From the human T2T-CHM13v2.0 reference genome, Homo sapiens: 64,000 bases of DNA. Below are positions 39,595 through 51,816 of the stretch, piece after piece (position 1 is the stretch's first letter; each line of letters starts with the position of its first letter). A program made the position numbers and the translations under genes. Where the stretch lies: the NCBI RefSeq assembly GCF_009914755.1, contig NC_060926.1. The stretch is one strand, 5' to 3'. The notes under the pieces were generated by a model. The model did not search any database. It saw only the letters and a program-made list of their open reading frames with translations, and had not been told where the DNA came from.

Positions 39595-42500
39595 CTTCAG
39601 TTTCTTGCATCAATGTTTTGTAGTTTTCATTGTAGAGATCTTTCACTGCTTGGGTTAATTCCTAGGTATTTTATTTTATTTGTAGCTATTGTAATTGGGA
39701 TTACTTTCTTGATTTCTTTTTCAAATTGTTCACTATTAGCATATAGAAATGTTACTGATTTCCATATGTTGATTTTTATATCCTGCAACTTTACTGAATT
39801 TGTTTTATTAGTTCTAATAGTTTTTTGGTGGAGTTTTTAGGTTTTTCCAAAAATAAGATCATATCATCTGCAAACAAGGATAATTTGACTTCTTCCTTTT
39901 CAATTCGGATGCCCTTTATTTCTTTCTCTTGTCTGATTGCTCTAGCTAGAACTCCCAGTACTATGTTAAATAACAGTATAAAAGTGGGCCTCCTTGTCTT
40001 GTTCCAGATCTTTTCCCCATTCATCATGATACTAGTGTGGGTCTATCATACAGACTTTTTGGCTTTTATTGTACTCAGGTATGTTTTTTTCTATACCCAG
40101 TTGTTTGAGTGCTTTTTTTCATGAAGGGATGTTGAATTTTATCAAATGTTTTTTCAGCACCAATTGAAATGATCACATGGTTTTTGTCCTTCATTCTGTT
40201 GATATGATGTATCACATTGATTTGCATATGTTGAACCATCCTTGCAACCCCGGGATAAGTCCCACTTGGTCATGATGAATGATCTTTTTAATGTTTTGTT
40301 GAATTTGGTTTGTTAGTATTTTGTCTAGGATTTTTGCATTAATGTTTATTAAGGATATTGGCCTGTAGTTTTTTTTTAATTTTTTTTTTTTTTTTGCATG
40401 TGTCTTTGGTTTTGGTATCATATACCAGCTTCATAGAACGAGTTTTAGAAGTATTCCCTCCTCCTCTATCTTTTGGAATAGTTTGAGTAGGATTGGTATT
40501 AGTTCTTCTTTAAATGTTTGGTAAAATTCAGCAGTGAAGCCACTGCGTCCTGGGCTTTTCCTTCCTGGGAGACTTTTTATTACAGCGTTGATATCATTAC
40601 TCAGTCTGTTCAGGTTTTGAATTTCTTCATGATTCAATCTTGGTAGGTTGTATGTGTCTGGGAGTTGATCCATTTCTCCTAGGTTTTCTAATTTATTGGC
40701 ATATAGTTGCTCATACTAGCCTCTAATCCTTTGAATTTCTGTGTTATCAATTGTTATGTAGTTTTTTTCATCTTTGATTTTATTTATTTGGGTCTCCTCT
40801 TTTTTCTTAGTTTGGTCAGAGATTTATTGATTTTGTTTATCTTTTCAAGAAACCAACTTTTCATTTCATTGATCTTTTATATATATATTTTTTTCATTTA
40901 AATTTCATTTATTTCTGCTCTGATCTTTATTATTTCTTTTGTTCTACTAATTTTGGGTTTAGTTTGCTCTTGCTTTCTAGGTCTTTATGATGCAGCATTA
41001 GGTTGTTTATTTAAAGTTTTTCTACTTTTTTGATGTGCTCATAGCTATAAATTTTCCTTTTAGTACTGCTTTTGCTGTATCCCATAGGTATAGTATGTTG
41101 TATTTCCATTATCATTGTTTCAATAATTTAAAAAAATTCCTTCTTAACTTATTCATTGGCCCTCTGATCGTTCAGGAGCATAATGTTTAATTTCCATGTG
41201 TTTGTATAGTTTCCAAAATTCCTTTTGAATTGATTTCTGGTTTTATTCTATTGTGTTCAGAGAAAATACTTAATATAATTTCAGTTTTAAGAGTTGTTTT
41301 GTGGCATAAGATACGGTTCATCCTTGAGAATGGTCCATGAGCTGAGGAGAAGAATGTATATTCTGTAGCCACTGGATGAAATGTTCTGTAAATATCCGTT
41401 AGGTCCATTTGGTCTATTGTGTAGATTAAGTCCATGATTTCTTTGTTGATATTCTGTCTGGATGATGTGTCTGTTGCTGAAAGTGTGCAGTGTTAAAGTT
41501 TTCAGCTATTATTTTGTTAGGGTCTATCTCTCTGTTTAGCTCTACTAATATTTGCTTTATATATCTGGGTGCTCCAAAGTTGGATGCATATATGCTTACA
41601 ATCGTTATATTCTCTTGCTTTATATCCCTATATAATGACTTTTCTTTTCTCTTTTTATAATATTTGTCTTGAAATCTATTTTGTCTGATACAAGTATAAC
41701 TATTTCTCCTCTATTTTGGTTTCCATTGGTATGGAATATCTTTTTCCATCTCTTTATTTTCAGTCTGTGTCTTTGTAGATGAAGTGTGTTTCTTATAGGC
41801 AACATACTGTTAGTTTTTTTAAATGCATTTAACCACTCTTTGTCTTTTGATGGAGAGTTTAGTCCATTTACATTCAGTGTTGTTATTGTTAAGTAAGGAC
41901 TTACTCTTACAATTTTGTTATTTGTTTTCTGGCCTTCTCTTCTTTCTTTTCTTTCTGTTTTCGTTTTAGTGAAGGCAGTTTTCTCTGTTGGTATGTTGTA
42001 ATTTCTCACTTTTTATTTTTTGTGTATCTGTTGCATGTTTTTAGATTTGAGGTAACTATGAGGCTTGCAGATACTGTCTTATAAACATTATTTTAAACTG
42101 ATGACAACCTAACACTGATTGCATAAAGAAACTTATACCAACAAACAAGTAAAAAGAAAACTAATAACTTTAACTTTCAAGCAAGTAAAAAGAAAGCTAA
42201 TAACTTTATCTACCTGCTTTTTAACTTTTTGTAGTTTCTATTTATATCTTACTGTACTGTGTATTTCTTGAAAAGTTGTAGTTATTATTTTTGACTAGTT
42301 CATCTTCTTTCTTCTGAAAATATTAGTAGTTTACATACCACAATTACAGTGTTATAACATTCTATGTACTTAATATTACTAATGAGTTTTGTACCTTCAG
42401 ATGATTTCATATTGCTCCTTAATGTCCTTTTCTTTCAGATTGAAGGACTCCGTTTTAGCACTTCTTACAGGACCAGTCTGGTGTTGATGAAATCAGCTTT

Positions 42501-43286
42501 TGTTTTTCTGGGAAAGTCTTTATTTCTCCTTCATGTTTGAAGGATATTTTTGCCATAGATACTCTTCTAGGGTAATAGTGATTTTCTTTCAGGACTTTAA
42601 ATATGTCCATGACACTCTCTCCTGGCCTGTAAGGTTTCCAGTGAAAAGCCTGCTGCCAGATGTATTGCGCTCCATTGTATGTTACTTGTTTCTTTTCTCT
42701 TGCTGCTTTTAGGATCTTTTCTTTATCCTTGGTCTTTGGGAATTTGATTATTCAATGCTTTGAGGTCATCTTTGGGTTAAATCTGCTTGGTGTTCTGTAA
42801 CCTTCTTGTACTTGAATATGGATATTTTTCTCTAGGTTTGGGAAATTTCTCTGTTATTATTCCTTTGAGTAAACTTTCTACCCCAGTCTCTCTCTCTACC
42901 TCCTCTTTAAGGTCAGTAACTCTTAGATTTGCCCCATTGCGGCCATTTTCTAGATCTTTTAGGTGTGCTTCATTCTTTAATTGTGTATTTTTGTTGTTTA
43001 GTATAACTTATAATTTTTCTTGGTAGCTGGATATGTTGTACTTGGTATTGGTTCCCATGAAGGTTTCTGCTCAGGTGTTTCTGTTCCAGTAAATTGTATT
43101 TCTATGTATTTGCCTGTCTGTTTGTCCAATTTTGGGGCAGCTTTGTGATCTCACTTTTGCTTTGTTACCTCACTTTTCTGATGGATCTATGCAGAGTTGA
43201 TGATTTTTCAGTTTGTTCAGCTTTTTACTTGTTAAGATGGAATGATGACTTCCAAGCTCCTTACATGCAGGACTGGAAAGTAGAAG
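39595..43286 (-). mobile_element. Further L1M ORF2/ORF1 fragment (to ~42980) and an L1MC-type 5' remnant
   Basis: Peptides [57 protein letters not shown]. Confidence 0.78.
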
Positions 43287-43332
43287 CTCACATTTTATTT
43301 TTAGAACAATAAAACTACAAACATAAGCTCTC

Positions 43333-45600
43333 TGATATGGTTTGGCCATGTCCCCACCCAAATCTCACCTTGAATTGTAGCTCTCATAATTCCCATGTGT
43401 CATGAGAGGGACCTGGTGGAAGGTAGTTGAATCATGGGGGCGAGTTTTTCCTGTGCTGTTCTCATGATAGTGAAAAAGTCTCACAAGATCTGATGGTTTT
43501 AGAAAGGGAAGTTCCTCTGCACATGCTTTCATGCCTGCTGCCATGTAAGACGTGCTTTTGCTCCTCCTTTGCCTCCCCAGCCATGTGGAACTGTGAGTCC
43601 ATTAAACCTGTTTTATAAATTATCCAGTCTTGAGTATTTCTTAATAGCAGTATGAAAATGGACTAATACAGTAAATCGGTACCAGTAGAGTGGGGTGCTG
43701 CTCTAAAGATACCCGAAAATGTGGAAGCAACTTTGGAATTGGGTAACAGGCAAAGGTTGGAACAGTTTGGAGGGCTCAGAAGACAGGAAAATGTGGGAAA
43801 GTTTGGAACTTCCTAGAGACTTGTTGAATGGCTTTGACCAAAATGCTAATAGTGATAGAGACAATAAAGTCCAGGCTGAGGTGGTCTCAGATAGAGATGA
43901 GGAACTTGTTGGGAGCTGGAGCAAAGGTGATTCTTGTTACACTTAAAAAAGAGACTGGTGGCATTTTGCTTTTGCCCTAGAGATCTGTGGAACTTTGAGC
44001 TTGAGAGAGATGATTTGGGGTATCTGGTGGAAGAAACTTCTAAGTGGCAAACTGTTCAAGAGGAGGCAGAATATAAAAGTTTGGAAAATTTGCAGCCTGA
44101 TGATGAAGTAGAAAAGAAAAACCAATTTTCTGGGGAGAAACTCAAGCCTGCTGCAGAAATTTGTGTAAGTAACAAGGAGCCCAAGACAGTGGGCTTAATC
44201 ACCAAGACAGTTAATCACCAAGTTAATCACCAAGACAGTGGGGAAAATGTCTCCAGGACATGTCAGAGACTTTCATGGCAGCTCCTCCCATCACAGGTCT
44301 GGAGGGAAAAATGGTTTCTTGGGCTAGGTCCAGGACTCCCCTGCTGTATGCAGGCTAAGGACTTGGTGCCTTGAGCTCCAGTGCTCCAGCTGTGGCTGAA
44401 AAGGGTCAAGATACAGCTCGGGCCGTGGCTTCAGAGGGTGCAAGCCCCGAGCCTTGGCAGCTTCCACATGATGTTGAGCCTGTGGGTGCACAGAAGTCAA
44501 GAATTGAGGTTTGGGAACCTCCGCCTAGATTTCAAAGGATGTATGGAAATGCCTGGATGTCCAGGAAGAAGTTTGCTGCAGGGGCAGGGCCCTCATGGAG
44601 AACCTCTGTTACGGCAGTGCAGAAGGGAAATGTGGGGTTGGAGCCCCCACACAGAGTCACCACTGGGGCATTGCCTAGTGGAGCTGTGAGAAGAGGGCCA
44701 CTGTTCTCCAGACCCCAGAATGGTAGATCCACCAACAGCTTGCACCATGTGCCTGGAAAAGCTGCAGACACTCAATGCCAGCTCATGAAAGCAGCCAGGA
44801 GTGGTGCTCTATCCTGCAAAGCCACAGGGGTGGAGCTGCCCATGGCTGTGGGAGCCCATCTCTTGTATCAGTGTGACCTGGATGTGAAACAGAGTCAAAG
44901 GAGATCATTTTGGAACTTCAAGGTTTAAAGACTGTCCTGTTGGATTTCAGACTTGCATGGAGCATTGTAGGCCCTTTGTTTTGGCTAATTTCTCCCATTT
45001 GAAATGGGTGTATTTACCCAATGCCTGTACCCTCATTGTATCTAGGAAGTAACTAATTTGCTTGTGATTTTACAGGCTCATAGGTAGAAGGGACTTGCCT
45101 TGTCTCAGATGAGACTTTGGACTGTGGACTTTTGAGTTAATGCTGAAATGAGTTAAGACTTCGGGGGACTGTTGGGAAGGCATGATTGGCTTTGAAACAT
45201 GAGGACATGAGATTTGGGAGGGGCCAGGGGTGGAATGATATGGTTTGTCTGTGTCCCCACCCAAGTCGTATCTTGAATTGTAACTCCCAATAATCCCCTT
45301 GTGTCGTAGGAGGGACCTGGTGGGAAGTAATTGAATCACAGGGGCAGGATTTTCCTGTGCTGTTCTCGTGATAGTGAATAAGTCTCAGGAGATCTGATGG
45401 TTTTATAAAGGGCAGTTCCCCTGCACACACTCTCATGCCTGACGCCATGTAAAATGTGCCTTTGCTCCTCCTTTGCCCTCTGCCATGATTGTGAGGCCTC
45501 CCCAGCCATGTGGAACTGTAAGTCAATTAAACCTCTTTCTCTTTATAGATGGCCCAGTCTTGGGTGTTTCTTCATAGCAGTATGAAAATGGACTAATACA
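43333..45600 (+). mobile_element. Full-length THE1 MaLR provirus: 5' LTR 43333-43670, internal 43671-45235, 3' LTR 45236-45600
   Basis: Two direct TGATATGG...GACTAATACA LTRs; polypurine tract GGGAGGGGCCAGGGGTGGAA before the 3' LTR; TSD ctctc / ttctc; frameshifted internal ORF remnants 43719-44928. Confidence 0.95.
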
Positions 45601-46352
45601 TTCTCTAAAGCATCCTCTGATAATCCTTTCTTTTATTCAAGTCTTAAGTTAGATCTTTGGAACATAAAGCCAGATTGTTAAAACTGTACTGCATAATTTT
45701 CATCTAAGACACTTGTTTTAAGGCATTTTTTCCCATTGGGAGGGTTTTGAGATTATGAAGATGACACTGTACATTTGTAATGTTTTCAACTTTTTGGAGC
45801 ACTCAAGGGAGGTCCCCCAAGAACACTCTTTAAGAATGACTTTTTTTGGAAATTACCTACCGTGTGATAAGGTGTCAGGGATAGAGTGGCTCCACACACA
45901 GCTTAGAGTTTTGACAGCACAAGACTGTCTGTTTCCACTTTATTGCTAGTGATCATCTCATTCGACTTCTGATACTACAAGTGGTTTTGGCCAAGTCTCT
46001 CTTTTTTTCCATCTGAATAAATTTCTGCTTTTCCTTTCATCTTTCCTTCTGATAGTTTTCATCACCCAGCTTGCTAGTAAAACACATGGCTTTAAAGGGC
46101 CATCTGATCTTGTGAAATCTCCTTTCCTGATGGTTTTTCAAAAATAGGAGAGCAATCTCTCTGGCATGTTTTAACTCAGCTGCACCTGTAGCAGCAGCTT
46201 GACCTGGACCTGTGGGGTCAGGACGAGAGAACTGAAACTCAGACTCCCATTTTATAGAGGAGATAAGTAAAGCTCAAAAGAAAAGAAGTGACTTTCCAGT
46301 TTCTGTGGGCTCTGATTGCCCTTTTGTACAAAAAGAGTGAAAAACAATTCTG

Positions 46353-46645
46353 GGCCAGGCGCGGTGGCTCACGCCTGTAATCCCAGCACTTTGGAGGCCG
46401 AGGCGGATGGATCACCTGAGGTCAGGAGTTCGAGACCAGCCTGGCCAACATGGTGAAACCCCATCTCTACTAAAAATACAAAAAAAAAAAAAAGTTAGCT
46501 GGGCGTGGTGGCGCACGCCTGTAATCCCAGCTACTTAGAAAGCTGAGGCAGGAGAATCGCTTGAACCCAGGAGGCGGAGGTCGCAGTGAGCTGAGATTGC
46601 GCCACTGAACTCCAGCCTGGGCGAGAAGAGTGAGACTCTGTTTCA

Positions 46646-46676
<31 letters not shown>
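46353..46676 (+). mobile_element. AluSx-like with (CAAAA)n tail
   Basis: Full dimer. Confidence 0.93.
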
Positions 46677-47255
46677 CCAGTTATGGTCATTTTTTCTCTA
46701 GGGCTTGATAACATGTAAGACAAATTTTAAATTTACTTGAAAGAAAGTGCTATGTAGATATTGACTATCATTAGACTTATATTTTGGATAAGGTATCTCA
46801 TTTTAATATTGCTAAACTAGGATCGATATAACTACTAGTATTAAAAACATAGAAGGTCAAATCTGTTTTCCCCCGGAACACAGGAGAACACCCTACTTTT
46901 GAACAAGTGATGTCCCATTAGATCTTTATCAATTGGTGGGTTGGAACATGGGTTTTCCTTTGCTGAGTGACATGGTACTGTCTACTTGATGTTGCCAGGC
47001 TCTGGGCTGACAGCTCTACATGGATTACTTCAGGTAATCGCTACAGTAAGCCCATGATTGGCTATCATTTTAACCTCCATTTTATCGATGAGGAAACTGA
47101 GGTTTAGAGAGGATAAATTCTCACAGCAGGAGTCAGGCCCAAAGACAGCACTCTTCTGTCTCCTAGAGGAGCTCAGCACAAAGCCCACAGATAGTGCTTG
47201 CCCTAGTTTAGAGCCCAGCTACCAAGCCTGGAGATGTGTCTAAGGGACAATGAGC

Positions 47256-47927
47256 CCTCTGACCTGGCTGCTGAGAGTCTGGATTTCCCAGACTACAGAT
47301 GAATCAAATGCAGTCATCTGTGTTTACAAACTCACCTAATTGATCCAACAGGGTTAGAAATACATGAGAGATTCATTTGTTCATTGATTCAAATAATATT
47401 TATTGAGTACCTACCATGTAGTAGGTACATGTCAACATGGAAGATGTTGAGGGGTGGCAGCGGGCACTCTCAGTGATGGATGGGGCCCTGTGTAACCCTC
47501 CAGGAAGCTTCTTGGTTTTACATTTGCTCCTTTTTAACCCCTTCTTTTCTTCTGGAAACCTCAGGGAAGATCTGAGTGTTCCTTCACCCCTTCTGTATCT
47601 GGCTTCTGATTGGCTTCTTTCCTCCCTTCTCACACCTATAAGCTTCTCTGCCTGTCTGTTTCTGAAGGAAGGACATCGCTTATTTGAGGGTTTCTAAGGG
47701 TGTTTTTTTCCTATCAATTGCAAGTACAAAAAATGTTCCTTTTATCTCTCCTGTGCCTAGTACATGGTAAGTATTCAATAAATATTTCTTTGAATGAATG
47801 AACAAATAAATCTCTCGTGTCTTTCTGACCCTGTTGGATCAATTAGATGAGTGTTGTAAACATAGATGATTACATTTGATTCATCTTTAGTCTGGGAAAT
47901 CCGGGCTCTTAGCAGCCAGGGCAGAGG
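47256..47927. repeat. Long inverted repeat: arms 47256-47429 and 47752-47927, 322-nt spacer
   Basis: Hand alignment of arm 1 to the reverse complement of arm 2 gives ~19 substitutions and 2 single-base indels over ~175 nt. Confidence 0.95.
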
Positions 47928-48216
47928 ACCAGTCCAGGACTCCTAGGATGATGTTGGTGAGGAGATGGATGGACTAGAGGTGAATGCAGAGGCAGCCGGG
48001 GCTGAGGGGAATGGATGTGTGCAAGGTGTGGTGGGAGAGGGCGTGGTGGACTTAGAGGCAGTGGTGTGCAGGCAGATCCTTTGGTTGTAAGTGGATGATA
48101 CACAGACTGACTTAAATAAAAGAGGTTGTTTATTGGCAGGTAACTGGGAATCCTAAGGTTTATGCTGACATTAAGCCTGATTGGCTCTCCAGGGGTTCAA
48201 ATGGTGATACCGTGAC

Positions 48217-48401
48217 CTGAACCGGCTACATCATTTGCAGGGCTCAGTGCACAAGGAAGATGTGGGATCTCTTGTGAAAACAAAAACAGAAACAAACAAA
48301 TTTCAAGATGATGACAGCAGAAAGTTAAATCAAGCACAGGGCCCTTCTAAGCACAGCACCTGTGGGACTGCACAGATTGCAGTCTCATGAAGCTGGCCCT
48401 G
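48217..48401 (-). mobile_element. MER45A-like hAT MITE within an old MLT1 LTR (~48070-48810)
   Basis: ACCGGCTACATCATTTGCAGGGCTCAGTGCA...CATGAAGCTGGCCCTG matches the recalled MER45A ends. Confidence 0.7.
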
Positions 48402-49506
48402 ATCAGGATCCTGTCTCTCTCAACAAGTCTCAGCCCTGGTGATCTCCGTTTGTCTTCATTCTCAGATGGATTTTCTCCATGTGACATCAAAATGACACCA
48501 ACAACTCCAAACCTTCATCGTCTTTAGATCTAATGATCTCAGAGTAAGGCAAAATTCTGAACCTGTTTTCAGAGCTTTAGTGACAGTCCCAGAGAGAACT
48601 CTGATGGGTGATTGGCCAAGATTGGGTCATGTTCCCATCCCTGAACCAATCACCTGGCCAGTGGTTTGTGTTGCTCTGATTGGCTAGGGTTGTGGCGATG
48701 GGGGTGTGATGGGAAGGCAGGGCTAGCCCCATGTAGCTCTTATGGACTGTGGGTGCATTGTGGAATGGGAGGGGAAGGTCCCCCAAGGAAGGGATGCTGG
48801 ATGGACAGAAAGTTAGATCAGCATCAGCTATAGCTGGGGAGGTAGGAGACGGAAAAGTAGCCCCACATCACCCATCTTGTGATGAGAGCAAGTGGGTATG
48901 TGATTGGATGGGGTGGGTATAGTTGCAGAAGATGTGGTTTCTGACAACAGATAGTTGAATGAGTATAGAAAAAGGGGAACGGTGAAGTGGGGATGATATC
49001 TTAGGGTGGGGGCAGATGGAGAGGAAGGAATAGAAGACCCTTGGGACTTCTGGCCTATAGGTTAGGGTGGCTGTCCTTGCTTGCTGTTCATGTATTGAGG
49101 GGGTTGCATCAGCTGGGCCAGCCTTTAGTCACTCTGGGCCAGGTTTTAGGAATTCTCGTAGTTAGTGAGGAGATGAGAAGCAGGAAGCTTTCCATCAGTT
49201 TCCTGCCTCTGGGAGGTAGAAGTAGCTCTGGAGCCATTTCCCTGCCACCCACTTTGTGATCTTGGGCAATTATATTACCCAAAACTTAGCTTCAGTTTTG
49301 TCATCTGTATGTGAGAATCTTATAATTCCCTAATAGTTAGTGGGAACTTGTAAGATGCTTGGTCTAATATCTAAAGTAGGTGCTTAGGAAATACACACTG
49401 TTGTTATTGTTAATATTGGTTTCAGGGCTTTCAGGAAACAAAGGTCACTGCTGTGCCACATCCATGCATTACATACTCCTCCAGAATACCTCTAGCCATA
49501 TTTACA

Positions 49507-49983
49507 ATGGAGAACTAGAATAATGGTTCCCTGAAAGATACCAGCTCCTAATGCCTGGAGCCTATGAATGATACCTTATGGCACAAATACTTTGAAGATG
49601 TGATTAGGTTAAGGATCTTGAGATGAGGAGGTTTTCCTGGATTATCCAGGTAGTTTTATAAGGCATCCTTTTAAGAGAGATAGAGATTTGATGTACCCAC
49701 AGAGGTGGTAAAGGCATTGTGAAGATGGAGGCAAAGATTGAAGTGTCACAGCCACAAGCCAAAGAATGCTGGCAGACACCTATAGTGTACCTGGAAGAAG
49801 CAAGGAACAGCTTCTCCCTAGGGATATTCAGAGGGATTGTGGCCCTGGTGAAACCTTGATTTCATCCCAGTAATATGGATTTTGGACTTCTAAGCCTCCA
49901 GAACTGCGAGAGAATAAGTTTCTGTTGTTTAAAGCCAATCAGTTTATCATAAATTCTTAAAACAGCCACAGGAAAATTGTACA
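49507..49983 (+). mobile_element. MLT1D-like LTR
   Basis: GATGTGATTAGGTTAAGGATCTTGAGATG...CCTCCAGAACTGCGAGAGAATAAGTTTCTGTTGTTTAAAGCCA. Confidence 0.75.
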
Positions 49984-51679
49984 CTCTTTTGAGGTGGACC
50001 TTTGTTATTTGCTTTGGTTCTCGTGTTTAGCATGATATTGCACCTGCTACAGTTTTCTGGTTTAAACTCTGGGGAGTCAGGTGAGACTTTCAAGATGGCA
50101 GTAGCCCATGCCATTTCTACCACACTGAGCTCCTAAAGAGCCATAGGAGCCCTAGGATTCAGGTTATATGGAGCCAGCTCTTTAATTCTGAGATAATCAG
50201 CTAATGGTGCAGTTACTACCTGAGATGATGTATTTCATTGGGAAATCTCTAGACTAAATGAGGCACGAGTAATTTTTAAGTTTTAGAAGAACAATAATCT
50301 ATTCTTAGAGTTCACACCTCATGGAAATTGTTGGTTGAATATGAGTAACAAGCACGAGACTTATTTCCTCAATTCCCCAGTATTTAGAAGTGTGAACGCC
50401 CTTCAGGATCAGCCTTTCCCACCTTCCACATGCTGCAGAGGTCCACTAAGCAGAGGTCCACACCCTCATCTGAGAATTTACTGAATGCTGCAGTGATGTT
50501 AACATTGTTTGTTCTGCCTTTCTTGATAGGAATGTAATTATCCATATAGGATTAAGAATAAACAAAATGGCACTTGAGTAGTTATATCCTGTCTTTGTTT
50601 TGGGTAATATTGCATAATTTATCCTAAATGCTTAGACCTCTTTTTTTTCTATTTCTCAGAACAGAATTTAATATTTTTGTGCCACTATCAAACTTTGAAT
50701 TCCAAAATGACGGCACATTTTGGACCAAGATTCAGACGATAAGTTCATTCCACAAAGGTGGTGTTTGGCCTTGAAATGATGACAACAAAGCATTGGAACA
50801 TTGCTATAACGGAGTCCCTTATTGAACTCTGATATTCTTCTCAGAAATCCATGTTAGAAGACAATTTTAAAATAAGGATATAATTATGACTCAGACAGAT
50901 ATAAAATGAACATGTGTGAGATTTTAACTTATTAATTAATGTGGGAACCAGTGAGGTGTTTCAACACATTCAAAGGAATGCCGAAATGAATTTATAAATA
51001 GATGCAAAATGGGTTTATCCATAGGGCAATAACCACATTGGATTCCAAAGATACAATTAATTTCCATTTTATAGTCACAAATCATTTGCATAATTATCAG
51101 TTTTCTACATCTTACATGGTGTATATTACTCAAAGGTAATGAAAGGCAGAGGTAACTTGGAAGGGTGAGTTAGACCTTTTTTTGGGTCTGTTTCAAAGTG
51201 TTTTACAGTTTTTCCAGTATATGCTTTACTCTGACCCGTGGATCAAATTCTACTTGGAATAGCACTGTGGTAATGTGGACAAGGAAAAGCCCAGGGACAG
51301 AGTGTGCCAGTCATAGAGGTGTCTGGGGAACAAGTCCCTTTCTCCTTTCAGTGCAGGGACTTGTCAGTTGTATAGATTCTGAGGAACCAGTTGCATTGTA
51401 GACATGCCATCATCAAGGACTGTGTGCTTACCTTTGAAAGATCAAATAGTGTAATGGTCAAGGGAGCGAACTTGGGTTCACATTTTAGCTCTGCCACTTA
51501 CTAGCTATATGACCTCTCTGTGCCTTAGCATCCTCATTGGTAAATGGGGGTAATATGGTACCTACGGCAAAGGTAGTAGGTAACTAAATACATTAATATC
51601 TGTGAGGCAGTAGACCAGAATCTGGCATTTACCTAGCACTAGGTAGTTGTTAGCTATTATTAATTTCCAAGCAAATAAT

Positions 51680-51816
<137 letters not shown>

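Noticed and set aside
43719-44928. Three successive ORFs in the THE1 interior as a possible gene
   Set aside because: Frameshifted remains of the MaLR internal ORF
50542-50550. CArG-like CCATATAGG
   Set aside because: Only five A/T between CC and GG; SRF consensus needs six
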